NCBI GenBank assembly: GCA_012295275.1
Contig: CM022670.1
Location: 11,222,001 to 11,286,000 of the forward strand
From: Chrysomallon squamiferum
Taxonomy: Eukaryota > Animalia > Mollusca
Length of the DNA: 64,000 bases
Direction: 5' to 3'
Shown here: piece by piece, positions 38,301-53,900 of the stretch
How the letters are laid out: each line of letters opens with the position of its first letter
How positions within the stretch are numbered: position 1 is the first letter of the stretch
Notes under the pieces: generated by a model
What the model was told of the DNA's origin: nothing
Seen by the model: the letters and a program-made list of their open reading frames with translations, nothing else
The model's database searches: none
Translations under genes and position numbers: made by a program

Positions 38301-41300
38301 AATGGTGAAAACAGTTTGCCAGGGAAGTTAAAAGAATTAAAAAAAAAAGCAAATAACAGAGATATATTAACTGTAAAATGATATCAAATTATTTTTAAAT
38401 AATTAAATGAAACAGTTTTCTTGACACTCCTGATGTATTCCAATGTATTTCTGTAATTACTGGCTATAACCAAATAACAACATTTTTCATTCTTTCATGA
38501 GAGTATATTCCTACAAATAATTATTAATTTCAACAAAGACAGAAGTAATCCTTTTGTTCTCTCTGCTTTCAAATGATCATGACGTGATAAATACTGATGA
38601 CATTTTCAAATAAAAATATAAAACTATAATCCATTTATTACACACTAGAAAATCTAAAAAAATTTAAAGGCAGTTTCTCACAATTAAGAAATATCTTTCA
38701 CTTAATATAAACATTAAAAACAATTCTGATTTTTATAAGCAAAGCAAATCACTAATGTACTTACTACAACATCAAAATAACAATGTGAAAATATAAACAT
38801 CACAATAAAATATAATGTTCAAAGCATAAGTGAATATTGTTAATATATATTTAAAAATATATTTCAAACAACTACTGGTTTTCATATTATTGTCACTTTC
38901 TGAATCTTACATTAACTATAAAAACTATTTGGTTAGTGTTATTTGTATTTAAAAGGTGGGTGACAAACAATTTTTAATGTGAATTCAACTCACATTACCA
39001 AAAATAATATCTTCATTAAATTCTTAACATATTAATAACATTTTTAAAGTAAAATTCAAAGACAATATTTCAATATTTGTACATAAATCCATTTTGTGCC
39101 ATTTTGTTCATCTTTAAGAATATGTGTGTATGTTACATATTTCTGTCACTCGAGAAACAATATCATAACATCTAATTCAACCTATTAAAAAATGCTACAA
39201 ATAGTTTTTCCAGGAGCATTTGTATTTGTATTTTTGTGTGGATGTGCATGTGTGTGTGTGTGTGTTTGTGTGTTAAAAATATAATTAGGTAACTGATGGT
39301 GCAAACAAAAAAATAAGGGTAAAAACTATTTGTATGAATAAACTATTATTTTCAGAATCTTAAATTAAGTTCAATGTATCATCATGTGCTAAAAAGTTTT
39401 CACATGAATAATGAAGTGTATCTAGTAGTCAGTAAATTACTGTCATCAGAACAAAGTGATATGAATACACATGTATGATTCATGTATGATGGCCTACAAT
39501 TATGAAGACCTAACTGAAAAAACAAGCATTCTCCACAAGCAGTTAAACTATTTTGTTGAAAATGACAAAAAAGAAATTAAAAATTGTTGCTTACAGCTTG
39601 CCAGAGAAATGGAGTTTGGCAGGCGATGAACTTTAAGAATGCACTGCTGTAGAATTGACTTATCACTCGGTGGATTCGCAGAAATAACAATAGCAAAATT
39701 TTACATCCTTATTAAAAGTGACATCTCCCTGCAGTCTCATTCCTACATGAGGAGGTTTCTTGTAAAATCCTTAAGATCTTTATCTTGTTTATCCTATAAA
39801 TTAACTTTGCTTGTTTTGTGCACAACAGTACACAACATAATGCATTTAAATAACAAAGATCATTTCATTTTTTTTCATATAGTTATATATGGTGCATTTG
39901 GAGATAGTGTAACTTTTATTTTCAGTGTTTGTGTTAATTTCAGGAAGTAGAGTGTGATTTAAAAATAAAATAAAAAAGTAATTAAATAAAAATAAAAACA
40001 GTAAAACAAAGATGAAGAAATTAAATTTTAAAATTTTAGAATTTTAAAAATTTTAATAATTAAAACATTGTGCCACAGAATAAACAACAACCATGCACAA
40101 TGTATGTTGCAAAGGAATTTTGTCCTATTATCATTTTGAAACAAATAATAAATTGAAAATTTTAATTTTAAAAGATATTAATAATACAGAAAATATCTTT
40201 TGTTGTTGTTGTTTTTGGGAAGGTTCTTCTTCTTTTTTTTTTTTTTTCTAAATGAATATTTATATTTTATGTCTGTATTATTATAATTTTTATTTTATTA
40301 TTTTAACCTTTGGTTCCTGATTATTATTTGTTGGAGAAATAAGATGTGCTTCAAGAATTTATTATTAAACATTATTTATTTCCCTGTTTGAGTATTTCAG
40401 TACAGCTCAGAGGTAACATCATGTATATGTGAAATATCAAATAATAATCTACTAGATTGGCTTTCTTTTAATCATAACTGGTGAACATATATGCTGGTCG
40501 AAAAATAAATGTGAATAACAATCTAACTTACAAATCTCTGTGCTAATTCATTCTACAACAGTGTTAATATTATTAACTTCCTAAAAATTTATACAAGCAT
40601 TAATTAAAATTCTAATAACTAGTCTACACTCCACCATGCTAAAAAAATTAATAAATAAATAAATAATAATAATAATGATAATAATAAACAAAAATAAAAA
40701 CTATATATAATTCTTGTAACATATAAATATAACCTCAAAAATCTTTAATACATTTAATGGTATTGTTAATTTTAATACTGTTTTATAAAATGTACAGGAC
40801 TAGTTACCCAAATACACTAATAAATTAAAAGACCTTAACTAACTCTTCATAATATAAAAATGAACAAGTATTAATATTATAAAATATCTCAGTTATGTGT
40901 ATCTATGTACTTTTTAGTATCATGCCTTGAAATAATGCTGAAACAGTAACTACAAAAACATTCAAAATTTTTCAAATGTTTTCTCCATTCTCTAAATAGG
41001 ATTTAGAATAACTTGAATTATGTCCATATAATCTTTTATTTGAAATGATGACACACAGTTACTAATGAAAACATAATTTCTAATTTATTTTCTGAGTATA
41101 TATTCCATACAGGCCAATATACAATAATTACATATGGAAATAGCATGAAATATACAATATAATTTCATCATTGTCGTGTATCAAAATTACAAAAAAGCTA
41201 ATAAAAGCAAACAATTTAAATTTTCCATATGCAATGTGACATAAACTAGAACTTTGCCAACCATTCCTCCTCCAAAACACATTTGCTAAGATCAGTGCAG

Positions 41301-43212
41301 GACTGAAAGAAGTGAGACAAAACAAGAACTGAGTGTTAGAAAGTAGTGTGATGTGAGTCAGTTAAAAGCACATACCAGCAGATCCAATCTGGCCTGAAAT
41401 AAGAGTTTTGGTCAGTAAACACACTCACAATATGTTATGTTTCAGTGCTGTTATTTACGTGCCACTCAGAATATATATGTATATATTTTTTTATAAGATT
41501 CAAAAATTAAAATATTATATCCTAAAATCAATCCAAAAACATCCAAATTTTTAAAATTTTTCATGTCATAAAAAAAAAAATAATAATAATAAAATAAAAT
41601 AAAATAAATAAATAATAAAATAAATAAAAATAAAAATGAAAATAATTAAACATGATTAAAAAATAATAATAATAGTAACAAAGCATGATAATTATACTTT
41701 TTGCAAAATTTTGTAGAATGTATGCTGAAATATTATCACTTCACAATATGAAAAATTATATAAGACATAATAATAAAGAAAATAAATAAACAAACAAACA
41801 AATATAAGTTATTCTATAGAATGATTTAAGTATTCAAAAAACTTAATATTAAAAATAAAATTTCACTTTTCTTTATCAGCCATTATTAGTAACAGACAGG
41901 ATATATATATGTGCAGAAAAATAAAAATGTTAATGCACACATTACACTAGTAAATTAGCGTATTACAGTTTGCTTTGGGATTACATAAAGACAAGATTTT
42001 TACTGTATATTTTGAAAGTAAAAGTACATTTAATATAGAAATGAGAGAGAAAGAGAGGGAGAGAGAGAGACATTTGTATTCTATAAAGAGGCTGTCTTAC
42101 CAATAGGAAGAGTAGCATAGTATTCAGCATTGTTAGCTCTGGCAGGCTCTCTCCTTGGTGTTGGTCTTCTTGGTGGCTCAGTCTGTAAAGACAAAACATG
42201 TTAAAAACCATTAAAGCTGAACTACTAAATGATTCTCCTTAAATAATAACACGACATGAACTTGACCCTTAAAAAATCTAACAATCAGTAAATGATAGTT
42301 AAATTTTTCTGACTTTTGTTTTGAAAATGTGATCTGTTGACAACTGCTGAAAAGATAAAGATGAGTGCTACTAAGATAAAAAAAAAAAAAAAAAGAACTA
42401 AAAGCAGCATTTGAAAGTATTTAAATTTAATAATAAATTTAAAAAATGCAAAGTTAGAAAATAATAATAATAAAAGCTTATTAAATATCTAACTAGCAAT
42501 CTATAAAATCTATTAATTTATAAAAAAAATTAAACTTAAAATAGTCTGTTAAATTTGTATTATTATTATTAGTAGTAGTAGTAGTAGTAGTAGTATAAAT
42601 ATAGTAAGAAAACTTGTTAATATGTTAGTAAATCCAACTCGTTATATTCTACCTTTGGGACAACATCTGCTGCATTTGTCTGATGCCTAGAAGTCAGTAC
42701 CTGGTCTAAGTCATCCTATGAGAGTTAGTAGAAAGAGTGCAAAAAAGATAAATAACAATAATCATAATAATAATAATAATAAATTAATAATAAATGTAAG
42801 CAATAGAAAATATTGAGTGCTTTAAATATTTACTTATTAAACTACAAGATTAACTGTTCTTCAACACTTTTTTCATTATTTTTGTAGATTTTATTTATTA
42901 GTTTTGCAGATTATTTGGTCATTAAGATTTAATATTGGTGTGTATAATCTACTGGCCAACTACATTTTAAAAGAAGTCAATACTAAACTAACAACATCAA
43001 AAATAACTGTATTAATTATTTACATTACTTACAGTATTTAGGATTTTAAAAAATCTAAAAATAATCAAGTCATAACTGACATATTATTCCATTATGATTA
43101 TTTCAACACTTAATTGTTTTTATACCCTAGAAATCAATCTAATTAATAAAAATAAAAATAAACAAATTTGATATATAAATTTAAAATAATCTATCAAAGA
43201 TATGAAGTCCTC

Positions 43213-43251
<39 letters not shown>

Positions 43252-46200
43252 GTGTTGGTGTAATTCTACTTCATTATATATTTGCAAGATGACCTATAAC
43301 TTCATCTGGATAACACTTTTAGAATAGAATAATTAAAAAACAAAAAAAACAACTAACTTTTGAATGGTAAATGGCTGACATAAAACAACCTAACTAATCA
43401 AATCTAAAATGTGTCATTATGACTGCAAGTTAAAATAAAGACGTACACAGGATATGCTTTGGTTTTAAATTATGAATTAAAATAAATACCTTAATCTAAC
43501 TAATTTACTAAAAGGATGTACATGAAAGCATCTATAAACAAATTACAATTTGGTTTTCAATAAAAGTTTCTGTGTAAACATGCATTTTCACAAATTGTTT
43601 TTAAAAAAATTTCTTAATTCCTGAAGGAATTGGCTTTCTATTTGTTTGGTTATTGTAATATACTTATCTGACTAGCTGTTTAATATATTCACTGGCTAAT
43701 TTTCTGACTAGACAATACACTCCACTTACTTACATCATCTGTTTAACATACTGTTTAATATAAGACTTACATCATCTGTTTAACATACTTTACTTGCATT
43801 GCACTTCTTACATTATTTGACTAGAAAAGAAAAGTTTAATATAAGACTTACACTTGCTCACATTATTTGACTACAAAAGTTTAATGTAACATCTGCACTT
43901 TTGACTTACATTATTTGACTAGAAAAGTTTAATGTAGCATTTACCTTGCTTTTAATACATTATTTTTGACTTTTAATATAAGACTTACACTTGCTTACAT
44001 TTCCTTAATTTCTTTTTTGACTAGCTGATATAGTTCACTTGCTTAATTTACTGAAAGCTGTTATTCATGCTGCACTTTCTTATCAAATGTAGCCAGCTGT
44101 TTTTGTGTAATATATTGAACTTGCTTACAATATTTGACTAGATGTTTAAAGTATGTCATACAGCACTTGCTCACCTTGGGGCTATTTGAGTAATCCTGCA
44201 GTCGTGAAAGCTGCTTAACAAAACATGAATGTACTAGCAACAAGGTTAAAATAATCAGTCATTACAAACTATATAATTAGTCTTTCTAGGCCGCATTTTA
44301 TAGAAATGTTACCAACTACATAATACACTGATACTTGTTTTTTTTCTCAACAAGTGAATATTCTCTGTGCCATCAAAGCACTGCATACTTTATATAAATG
44401 AACATTTATTATCATAATAAACATTTATAAGAATTAAAATCTCTACTAATACTGAATTTTTGTAACTTCTCTATCATGAAAATCATAAAAGATATATTCA
44501 AAAAGCGTATTGCAACTGAAATACAAATAATCTTTGCAGAGTTCAAAGAAAATGAAATTCTTTTCAAGATAATTGTTTATAAAGCAAAATATCACAGTCA
44601 AGAAAATACAGTTAGGTAAATTAATTTGTCAACCAATTCTACTCAGTTGCAAGATGCTGGATATCACAAGTGATTGCAAAGTGAGTGAAAGAATAATTTA
44701 AGTGAATACAAAAATTCAATATGACAAAAATAAAACACAAAGTGTAAACAAAATTATAATAAATTTAACAAATAATAATAACAAAACAATGCATCATTAG
44801 CAGAATCTTTGATAAAAAGGAAAATAAAAACAAACAAGTTCAGAACTTTATTTCCAAAGAAACTGAAGGCAAAGTGAACTTTAACTCTTCCTGGCCAAAC
44901 TTACATTAAAATGACGTGGGTCCTCAAAGTTGTAATATGCATTCTATTTAGCAATAAAAATCTAATCAGATCAAATATTGTTTTGTTTTTGTTTTTTGTT
45001 TTGAGTTTTAAACAGAGGAACTTTCATTCATATTTATTATTCAGTAACCTGTAAATTCAATTATTTTTTTCTTATTCCAGTTAACATCAAAAATCTGTAA
45101 AATATTAAAAATGTTTTAAAAGCTTTAACATATTTTACTAACAAAACAAAATAGATAAATAAATAAAAGCCTAAAAAAAAAAGCTAACAACCGTTTTTCT
45201 TCCATAAACCAAACTAAAATAATTCTTTACCCGAGTAACTTTCTATCTAACAGTGACTGGTTTTGTATGCTTGAGTAACAGCAGCTGTAATGATTAGTAC
45301 TGAAACCAGAGGACAAAACAAGACAAACAGTTACCAGAACAGGGTAGTCTGTGTCTCGAGCCAGTGGTCGAGGACTGAGCCAATTTGGGTTCTCAAGGAC
45401 ATTGTTTTGTACGCGATCAGCTTGGAACATTTGCTTCCTATTGTGCAAGAAAATAAACTTAAAGAATGCAAACAGTCTGCACTAAACACAGGAAAGAACA
45501 TGAAAAAAAAAAAATACTAATGACAAAAATAGATGAAAACAAATACTAAATAAGAATTAGTTCATCCTTTAAAGTTCACCTAAAAATAAATAACTGATTT
45601 AAAATTTTGAATTATAATACAATTTTATTTTATAATATGACAGCATATTATAAAATATTGGGGAAAAAAAGGTTTAATAAATAAAATCATATATGTAATT
45701 TTTAAGTGTTTATATATATATATTTATTTTGTTTTCATTCGGATAATTTATAAATCTGAATTTTACAACAAAATAATTTCTGAACAGTAATTTGTGCAAT
45801 AAAGAGATTGAGAATGAAAAAGTCACTCAGGACAAGGGTGCTTGTAATGGACAGATGTGTTTGGTCAGAACACTTAGAGTTACCACTGTCATATGCTCTT
45901 GGGCTAATAAATTATCCTTCTGGACTATCTTTCCATTCCTAGGAAAATTTAATTATTAAACACAACACATGATTTTGTAATTTATTAAAAAAGTAAACTG
46001 AAATATGCAGAGAGCTAACTCTAGCTTGAAATACATTATTAATCATTAATCACTTGAGTTAGTATTATTTTGTTTTATTTATTTACATTCCAACTGTCAG
46101 TATACAGATATGAATTTAAAATATTTATATCAATATTATCTGTTTAAAACACATAAAACTTACTTTGACTCAAATTCTCGATCAAGTTTCTCAAGTCGCT

Positions 46201-49200
46201 TGTCAGCCTGAAGCAGGAGACAGTAGGTTAATGAAAAGTAATTCCTTTAAAATCTTTACTTATTTATTTACATTATCATCTATTTATTATTTTAAAAATA
46301 AATGAATAACTTAATAAATTCAGACAATATCATCTAAGAATATTTCTAAACTAATTAAAAATATATATATATATATGTTAATAATAATGATCTTAAAGTA
46401 ATAATCTTAATTGTAATGCATCAAAAAAATATCTAAGAAACTTAAATTAACAAATCCTCAAAAAAGTGATTCCAGTAAAGACCAACTCCGTATTCTGAAA
46501 AACTTCTATGACTACTGTTAAAATATAATTATTTCTGAATTACAATTGTTAATGTCAGTATCAAAATAATTTTATACAACACCTATGGGGTTTAAGGCTT
46601 TGTCTTGTTTCTTTTAGAAATAAAAATATGTTGATGCACATGAACTTATTTTGTATGATAGCCATATAAACTCATCTCTTCAAAATGCAACCAAAATCAT
46701 TAACAAAAATCATTATACCATTGAACTGTCATTTGAAATTGATTGGTTCTATGACTGATCCTTATCCAGACTGCATTTAACAGTATAGACAAGGTCTCCC
46801 ATGTTTTACATTATCTTTACAGAAAGTCTCTTAATTGTGATGCAATGAAATATTCCTTAATAATGTCAAGACAGACAGACAGTTGGTTACCCAGAGTGCT
46901 TATTTTGTTAAATAGATCTTTACTTCCTCAATGGCAAGCTGACTGAAATAACAGAAGTACCAACAAATTTGTTCCTATCAAATAGTTATAGAAAAGTGAA
47001 CTATTGTGGTAAAATGCAAGAACATCTTGCTTAATATTGAGAAAATATTTTCAGGAAAACTAGTGTGATGCAACCGTTATGATTCCATTGAAACCTAGAT
47101 TTCAAATTTGTAAAGGGAACCATATTTTATAAAACAGGTTTTAGAATATCTGGAAGTTGATCATGGTGCTGAAAATCTTTACTTATTTAAACCGACAATT
47201 TTTATATACTTTTTTTTAACAGCCACATTTTGTGTTTTAATATAAATTGTAAACAGATTAACTTATTAATTATTTATAACTGTGTATTGAGTATTCTTCT
47301 ATCTGTATGTACTGATATTTTAAAAAAAGGACTGAAAAATAATTTCATGACTTTATTTAAATAAAACCTCTAGAATACTAAACAGCAGAACAGCACAGTA
47401 TAAGATTTAAAAACTAGTTCTAGTGATATTATGCCATTAAGTTACTGAGAAAATGCATATCTACAAGTTATTAAAAATTATAAATCTGAAAATAATTTTT
47501 CAAACATGCTTCTGACATGATAATTAACAGCTACCAAAATTTAATACACTTGCATAAAATTAATAATTTTTATTTCTTTCCCCAAAAAAGTAATATGATG
47601 AACCTTTTAAGAAAAAAAAAAACAAAAAAAAAAACAACAATAATAATAATAATAATAATCATATAAAAAAACAAATTTTAGAAATCTCTAACTAAAGAAT
47701 GTAGAACAAAAATTTTGAAATCAAAACTGTGATTGCAGACTATTTAACAAATCACATCTAAAAGCAACTATAAAATTAACATATAACAGAATATGGCTAT
47801 AATAATGCTGAACTTATAACATGGGTGCTGTAATAATGTTAGAGTGGAAGTATAAAAAAAACTAAACTACACAGCATAAAACTACACAGTAATCAAAGTT
47901 TTACCTCCAGTCTGTGTAGAGCTCCTTCACTGCTGTACTGACGTAAACCCGGACGGATGTACTCAGGATCATCATATCTCCTATACAACAACAACAACAA
48001 CAACAACATCAGAGAATAAGCTAATTTAATTCTGTGTCTAAGTATAAAGTGATTTTGAAAACATCTGTTACGTGTAACTAACTGTTATTATTCATTTTTA
48101 ATGGTAATAGTGTAATTTCTTAATTGCTGTTGTGAGATTTTTCACGTTATATTCATAAACTGCTATTAAATCAATTTAAATACAGTTCCAAAATGAGTAA
48201 TTATTATTATTATTTATTTATTTATTTATTATTTTTAATATAATTTTATATAATTTCATAAGTAACACATTGTCTACTTGAAATCTCAGTGTTAAATATG
48301 ATTCTTATTTCTTAGAAAAACAGAAAATATTCCATCTTGAAAGACAACTCACCTGTAACGAGCTTCTTCTGCTCTTTTTTCATTTAGAATGTCTTCATAG
48401 GTGGGTGTGGACCATCCTTTCCGTGGCCCATCAACTATCTCACTGGGTAAATATCTCTAAAAAAAATAAAAAATTAAAATAATGTTTAGATGTTTCAGTT
48501 TTATAAAATGAAATATTTCATGACTGAAAATAAAATGACAGTATAAACAGGTACTGTAATTGTCAACTTATATATCAGTTACACAACCAGATTTAAGTGA
48601 GCAAAAAATCTTCACTTCCATCTTGATAACTTCATCCAGTCACTGGATCCTCACTAAAGTCTCTGATCACTATTTGCTAATACAAACTGTCCACTTTATA
48701 GAGTGAAAGGTGAATACAAGCCATATCTGTTTTGTGAAAATAATTACATGTATAAATAAATTGTAAAAATATAAGTAGCTGGAAAGGAACAGCTTGGTTC
48801 TGAAATCTGTAAAACTCTTGATATTTCAAAACATTTTATGGTAATTTCTAGAATGTTCCAGAACAAAATATCAAGATTTTCACACAACACATACTGTATT
48901 GTAATGGCAACATTTATGATATTAATGAATTGTAACTTTTAAAAAATTCAAATTTTATTTTTAACTATCATTATCTGTAAGATTTATACATATTTTGTAA
49001 CAAAAGCATTAATTTCTGCCTTTTTTCAGGACATTTCAGAAAATTAATGGCTTCCAGAACTTTCAAGAAACAATTTTAATGATGTTTTATTATAATACAT
49101 TTTGTGTTTGCGAGTATGTTTGTGTGTGTGTGTGTGTATGTGTGTGTGTATGTTGTGTTTTGTGTTTTGAGTTTTGCACTTTCTGTTTTGTGCATATTAA

Positions 49201-50932
49201 TTGTATTTTTATATTTATATTTGTAATGTTAGTAACAATTAATTTTCAAAACAACAAAAATAAAAACAAATCCTGATAACTATCTAGTTAGTTTACTGTG
49301 AAATTATCTTTTTAAAAGCTAAAGCAAATTTTTGTATTCAATATTATCATCTTGAAAGAATTTATATTTGAAACAGATAGAGAAAAACTATTAACAATCT
49401 AAAATTAATAACGTTTGGTGAAAATTTAAAAATCTGTATAGCTGACTAAAACACTAAAAAAAACCTGTGATATTTGAAATTTCTTACAAATCTACTGAAG
49501 AAGTATAAAACTCTTACCATTATGGAGACAATTACTCTTAAAGTTGCCTATGCTAACAAGCAAAATTGGCCATTGTGAACGAAATAATATATGTGACCTA
49601 CACTAGTGGTTTCTAAATTAAATAATTCTTCTGTTTGTGATAATCTTTTGGCACAGCTTCTGTGTGTCTGTGTATATAGGCATGGTGCAGAGGGAAAGAG
49701 AACTGTGTACATCTTTACAATATATTCATTTCTGTATAACTGTTGCAGTTCAGATAGGATGTATATGAGTGTGATTAATTAAGAAAAAAAAATCGTATTT
49801 CTCTCATTAACTTTTATTTTTTTTATTTTTGAAAATTTTCTTATTATCTTTTATTTTAATTCATGTGTTTGCTTTATTACTGTTATTGTTTGTTTTTGTT
49901 TTTGTTTTTTTATTTATAAATTTAGGCACTTACTCTTACAGTTTGTTGAGACAACAAATGTAAGCATAGCTGATGAAAAGTAGTACAGCAAACTAATATT
50001 AATAAACCTAATTTACTATTCTTGATAGTGAATGACAAATAGTCTTTCATGTAACAGAGAAGAATAAAGCATTGTCATATTTCAGCATTAATCATAATCT
50101 TTCTAAAAGGTCTCTGATAACTATCAACAAGTCTTCTTCAAAATTATTTATTTCTGAAAAACATTCTGCTTACTAACAAAATATATTCATTCATTCAGAA
50201 TCATCCTAAATTTAAATACTTTTTGTAAGTGTTTAACACAGAAGTTAAACTGATTCTTAAATTGATTATTACGATTATAAATACAGCTACGCTTAAGGTC
50301 AATTAACAATATTTCTTTCAACACATAATATCAGAAATATTTTCAGAGAATGTTTGTTTTGTTTTCAGACTTTTCATTAAACAGTTGACTGTCACTATAA
50401 TATAATACAAGAATAGTATATATATATATATATATTTTAGTGTGAGACAATTTCTGAAACTTCCACTTGATACTTAGAAAATTTTTTCTTTTTAACTGAC
50501 ATATATCAGTTAATCATAATGATATAAAATCTGAAAACATTTAAAAAACAAAACATTCAACAACAACAATAACAAATGTAAATATAATAATAACAATAAA
50601 TAAACTTACAACAACAATAATAAATAAATTTATAAATAAATAAATAAACAAATAAATAAAAAGCATTACATCAAAACTTTCAGATTCAGATGTAATACTT
50701 CTTTGAAGAAAGACTATTTGTCGTCAAGGCAACTTACAACTAGTAAAATCATTCAACAGTTACTTACATTGGCAGGACACTCACAATAGGCTTTTTGTCT
50801 TAAAAAATCATTGTAGCCCAAGTTTCTCTCCAATCTTTTTACTCTATACTATACATTAAAAAACAAATCTGACATCCAAATCCAGTACTCAACCAAGTGT
50901 AATAATTAGTTAAATAAAAACAACACACTTAG

Positions 50933-50974
<42 letters not shown>

Positions 50975-53900
50975 AACACTTTTGAAAAATGCTAAAATGT
51001 TCCATTGAGTTCACATATTATTACTTTGACTGTTAGTCAGATGGATGCTTTTGAAAATGAAAAGAAAGGTGCAATAAATCAATAAATCATTAACTACAGT
51101 GATCAGAAATAAACAATATATTGATTACACAAAGAGATTAATCAACTCAATAAAATAAATAATCAACAAACTGAAATGGAAATGCATTTAAACAATATGT
51201 GCAGTTAAGCAAAGGACTATAATAAAAATAAAATAATACAATGATTTTATTTTATCTTATTATAATAATTATTTTATGTTAAAAAACAGTTTTAAAGGCT
51301 AAATAACCATTAACACTTTTGTTTTATTGGTAAAATAAATGTTCACTGTTAAAAGTAAATGTTTTGGACAATTTAAATTCTATGATAATCTCTAAATAAT
51401 ACTGATTCTAGAGAAGTTATGTGGATCATATAAAAATATAAATTATAACCTCCAAATACACGTATATCTAATAAAGAAATAACAGTACCAGGCTTTGATG
51501 AATGTCTTGATGCATGACAAACACAAAAGAAAAAACTCACATATTTTGATTGATCATAATTGAGACCTGGAAGACTGGTACATTGATTTCTGTCAAAAAG
51601 TCTCTGAAATATGTCAAAGGTCATCTAACTTAGACCTGTTGTCAGTCTTTTTGTTCTAATTTCAACCAATAAGTCTGCGATTTGCAATAATTTTTATGAT
51701 CATTTAAACTCTTAAAAGAAATTACATTGTAAGACAATATTTTTGAGGTTTTTGTGATGTTTGTTTTTGTTATTAAATTTCTAAACTGTCCATGAATGCA
51801 GGAATTCTCGCATTTTTTAATAAATATAATTTGTATACATTAACTGATTATTTAGCAGTGGGCATAAGAGAATATTCGCCTGATTTACAGATAAAAAAGC
51901 ATACCAGAGCTTCTGGTGAATGAGGTTCCCTTGAATACTTCATCAACGGATTCCACTCATAACCATGCTTCTGTCAATAACAAATTATCTAATACCTCAA
52001 CAAACGAAAGTGAAATAAACTCAAGACAGTTGAAAAATTAAGCAAAATGAACTGGAATATTTCAGTGACCACAATCACTAAACGGATTGAAATAAATTAT
52101 AAAACACAAGTGTTTTTTTTAAATTCAATACTTCCAAACATACTCAATCATAATTACAACACCAAATTCATTTCACATCATTTTGCATTATTTTATTTTA
52201 TTTTATTTTATTTTATTTACAGCATTCATAAAAAATGATCGATGAAAGTAACATCATAATTATAATAATACATTTTGCCATTAGGTCAGATTATTATTAT
52301 TTTCCGTTTCCTGAGAGTGATCACTGAAATGAAATAAAAAGGAGACAGAGGGGATGTTACTCTGGGAAATCAGGACCGTGAACTTACGTCGGAGTGAGGA
52401 CGTATTTTTTCATCTTTCTCTGCCAAGTACCGATTGTATTCCTCATTGCGTTGTTTCCCCTGGTGCAGCTAAAAGAAAAGTCAATGGAAATTGTTCTAGA
52501 AGCAACAATTTTATAAAAGATCACAAATATGGCTTAGATTATGGGCATAGAGAACACTAACATTCAACAGAATGCCCCCATAGGTTATTTTTAAAATATT
52601 TACAGTTGTATGTGTGCTCTTCTGAATATCTAATTCAAATAGAATTACAGTAAAAAAAATAAAAAAAATAAAAATTATATTTATTTTCCCTTGCATCCCC
52701 TCTGCCTCTTACTAAATTTACTGATTCATTTACTAAATAGAAACTGCAGTTAACAAATTAACTTTTATTTTATTTCTTAACATATGAAAACATATATAAA
52801 TATTCTGTTATATAAATGATGACAAAATAAAGTGAACTATCAGAATTACACTTTAATTTGAAATGAAATAGAAATCACAAAGAACCAGAGTGGGTACACG
52901 TTACTAACAAAATTCTGAAACAAATGATTATTTGAATTTTCTCAAATTCCACAAAACATTTCAGTAAATTCACAAATTTTCAAGAGAAATAATGATTACA
53001 TAAATTTTAAATAATTCAGTGATAACATGAAATCTTTGAAAATTTCAAGGACTTTGTGTAATCACTGATTTCATATATTTACTGTAACCAATATTCTCTG
53101 CTGTTTATATAACATAGGCTGAACACAAGTACTGCTGAACTATTAACTCCAAGCTATGTACTCATTTAATAAAAATGTTAATGACTATTAAAAACATATT
53201 GCTGATGTATCAGTGTCAGCAGATGCTGAAACTATTGTTACACTAACAAGACAAGGACTAAAACAAATGGCTAAATGATTAGTATTTATCAATACTGCAA
53301 ACATAAAATGTTGTTAGTACTTTCCTGTTTTGGTATAAGGAAAGTAAGAGAGGAAGGCATTACATGTTTCTCCCATATATACATACACATACACATACAC
53401 ACACAAACACATAAAAAATTGCAATGTTGTTTTTTAAAAGAGGAAAAAATTAAAAACTGGTTTACATTATTTAAACAAATATTTAAATTGAATTTTTGTT
53501 GATGAAAATATTAATTTGTTTGAAAAGATCTTGTTTATCTGGTCTATGTCAATTTTATTTAAATCATGCTTCTTGGTTGTAACAACTGCAAACAATTCAT
53601 GACTTTTTGTTTCTTTTTTGCAACTGATAAATCAGCTTTTTTAAACTTTCAAAATCAGTACTTGTTAAAATTTGTCTTATAAAATAATGTAATCATTCTG
53701 CTGAAATAATCATCAAAGCCCAAAGCAATAGGTCATTACAAAATTAATGTTGGTATTAGCAAACTATGACTCTAAAGACAAGTAAGTAGGAATAATTTAG
53801 AAATGCAAAAAAAAAAAAAAAATATGATACTGAACAAATTCAATATATCTCAATTTTCCAGGTAACGGTAGATCAAGGAGAGCATGCCCAGTATGCAAAA

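Noticed and set aside
39595-39793. More complex, GC-richer segment with a gtaagc donor in a CSPP1 intron
   Set aside because: Available acceptors give non-3n lengths or stops; it cannot be fitted between the phase-1 neighbours.
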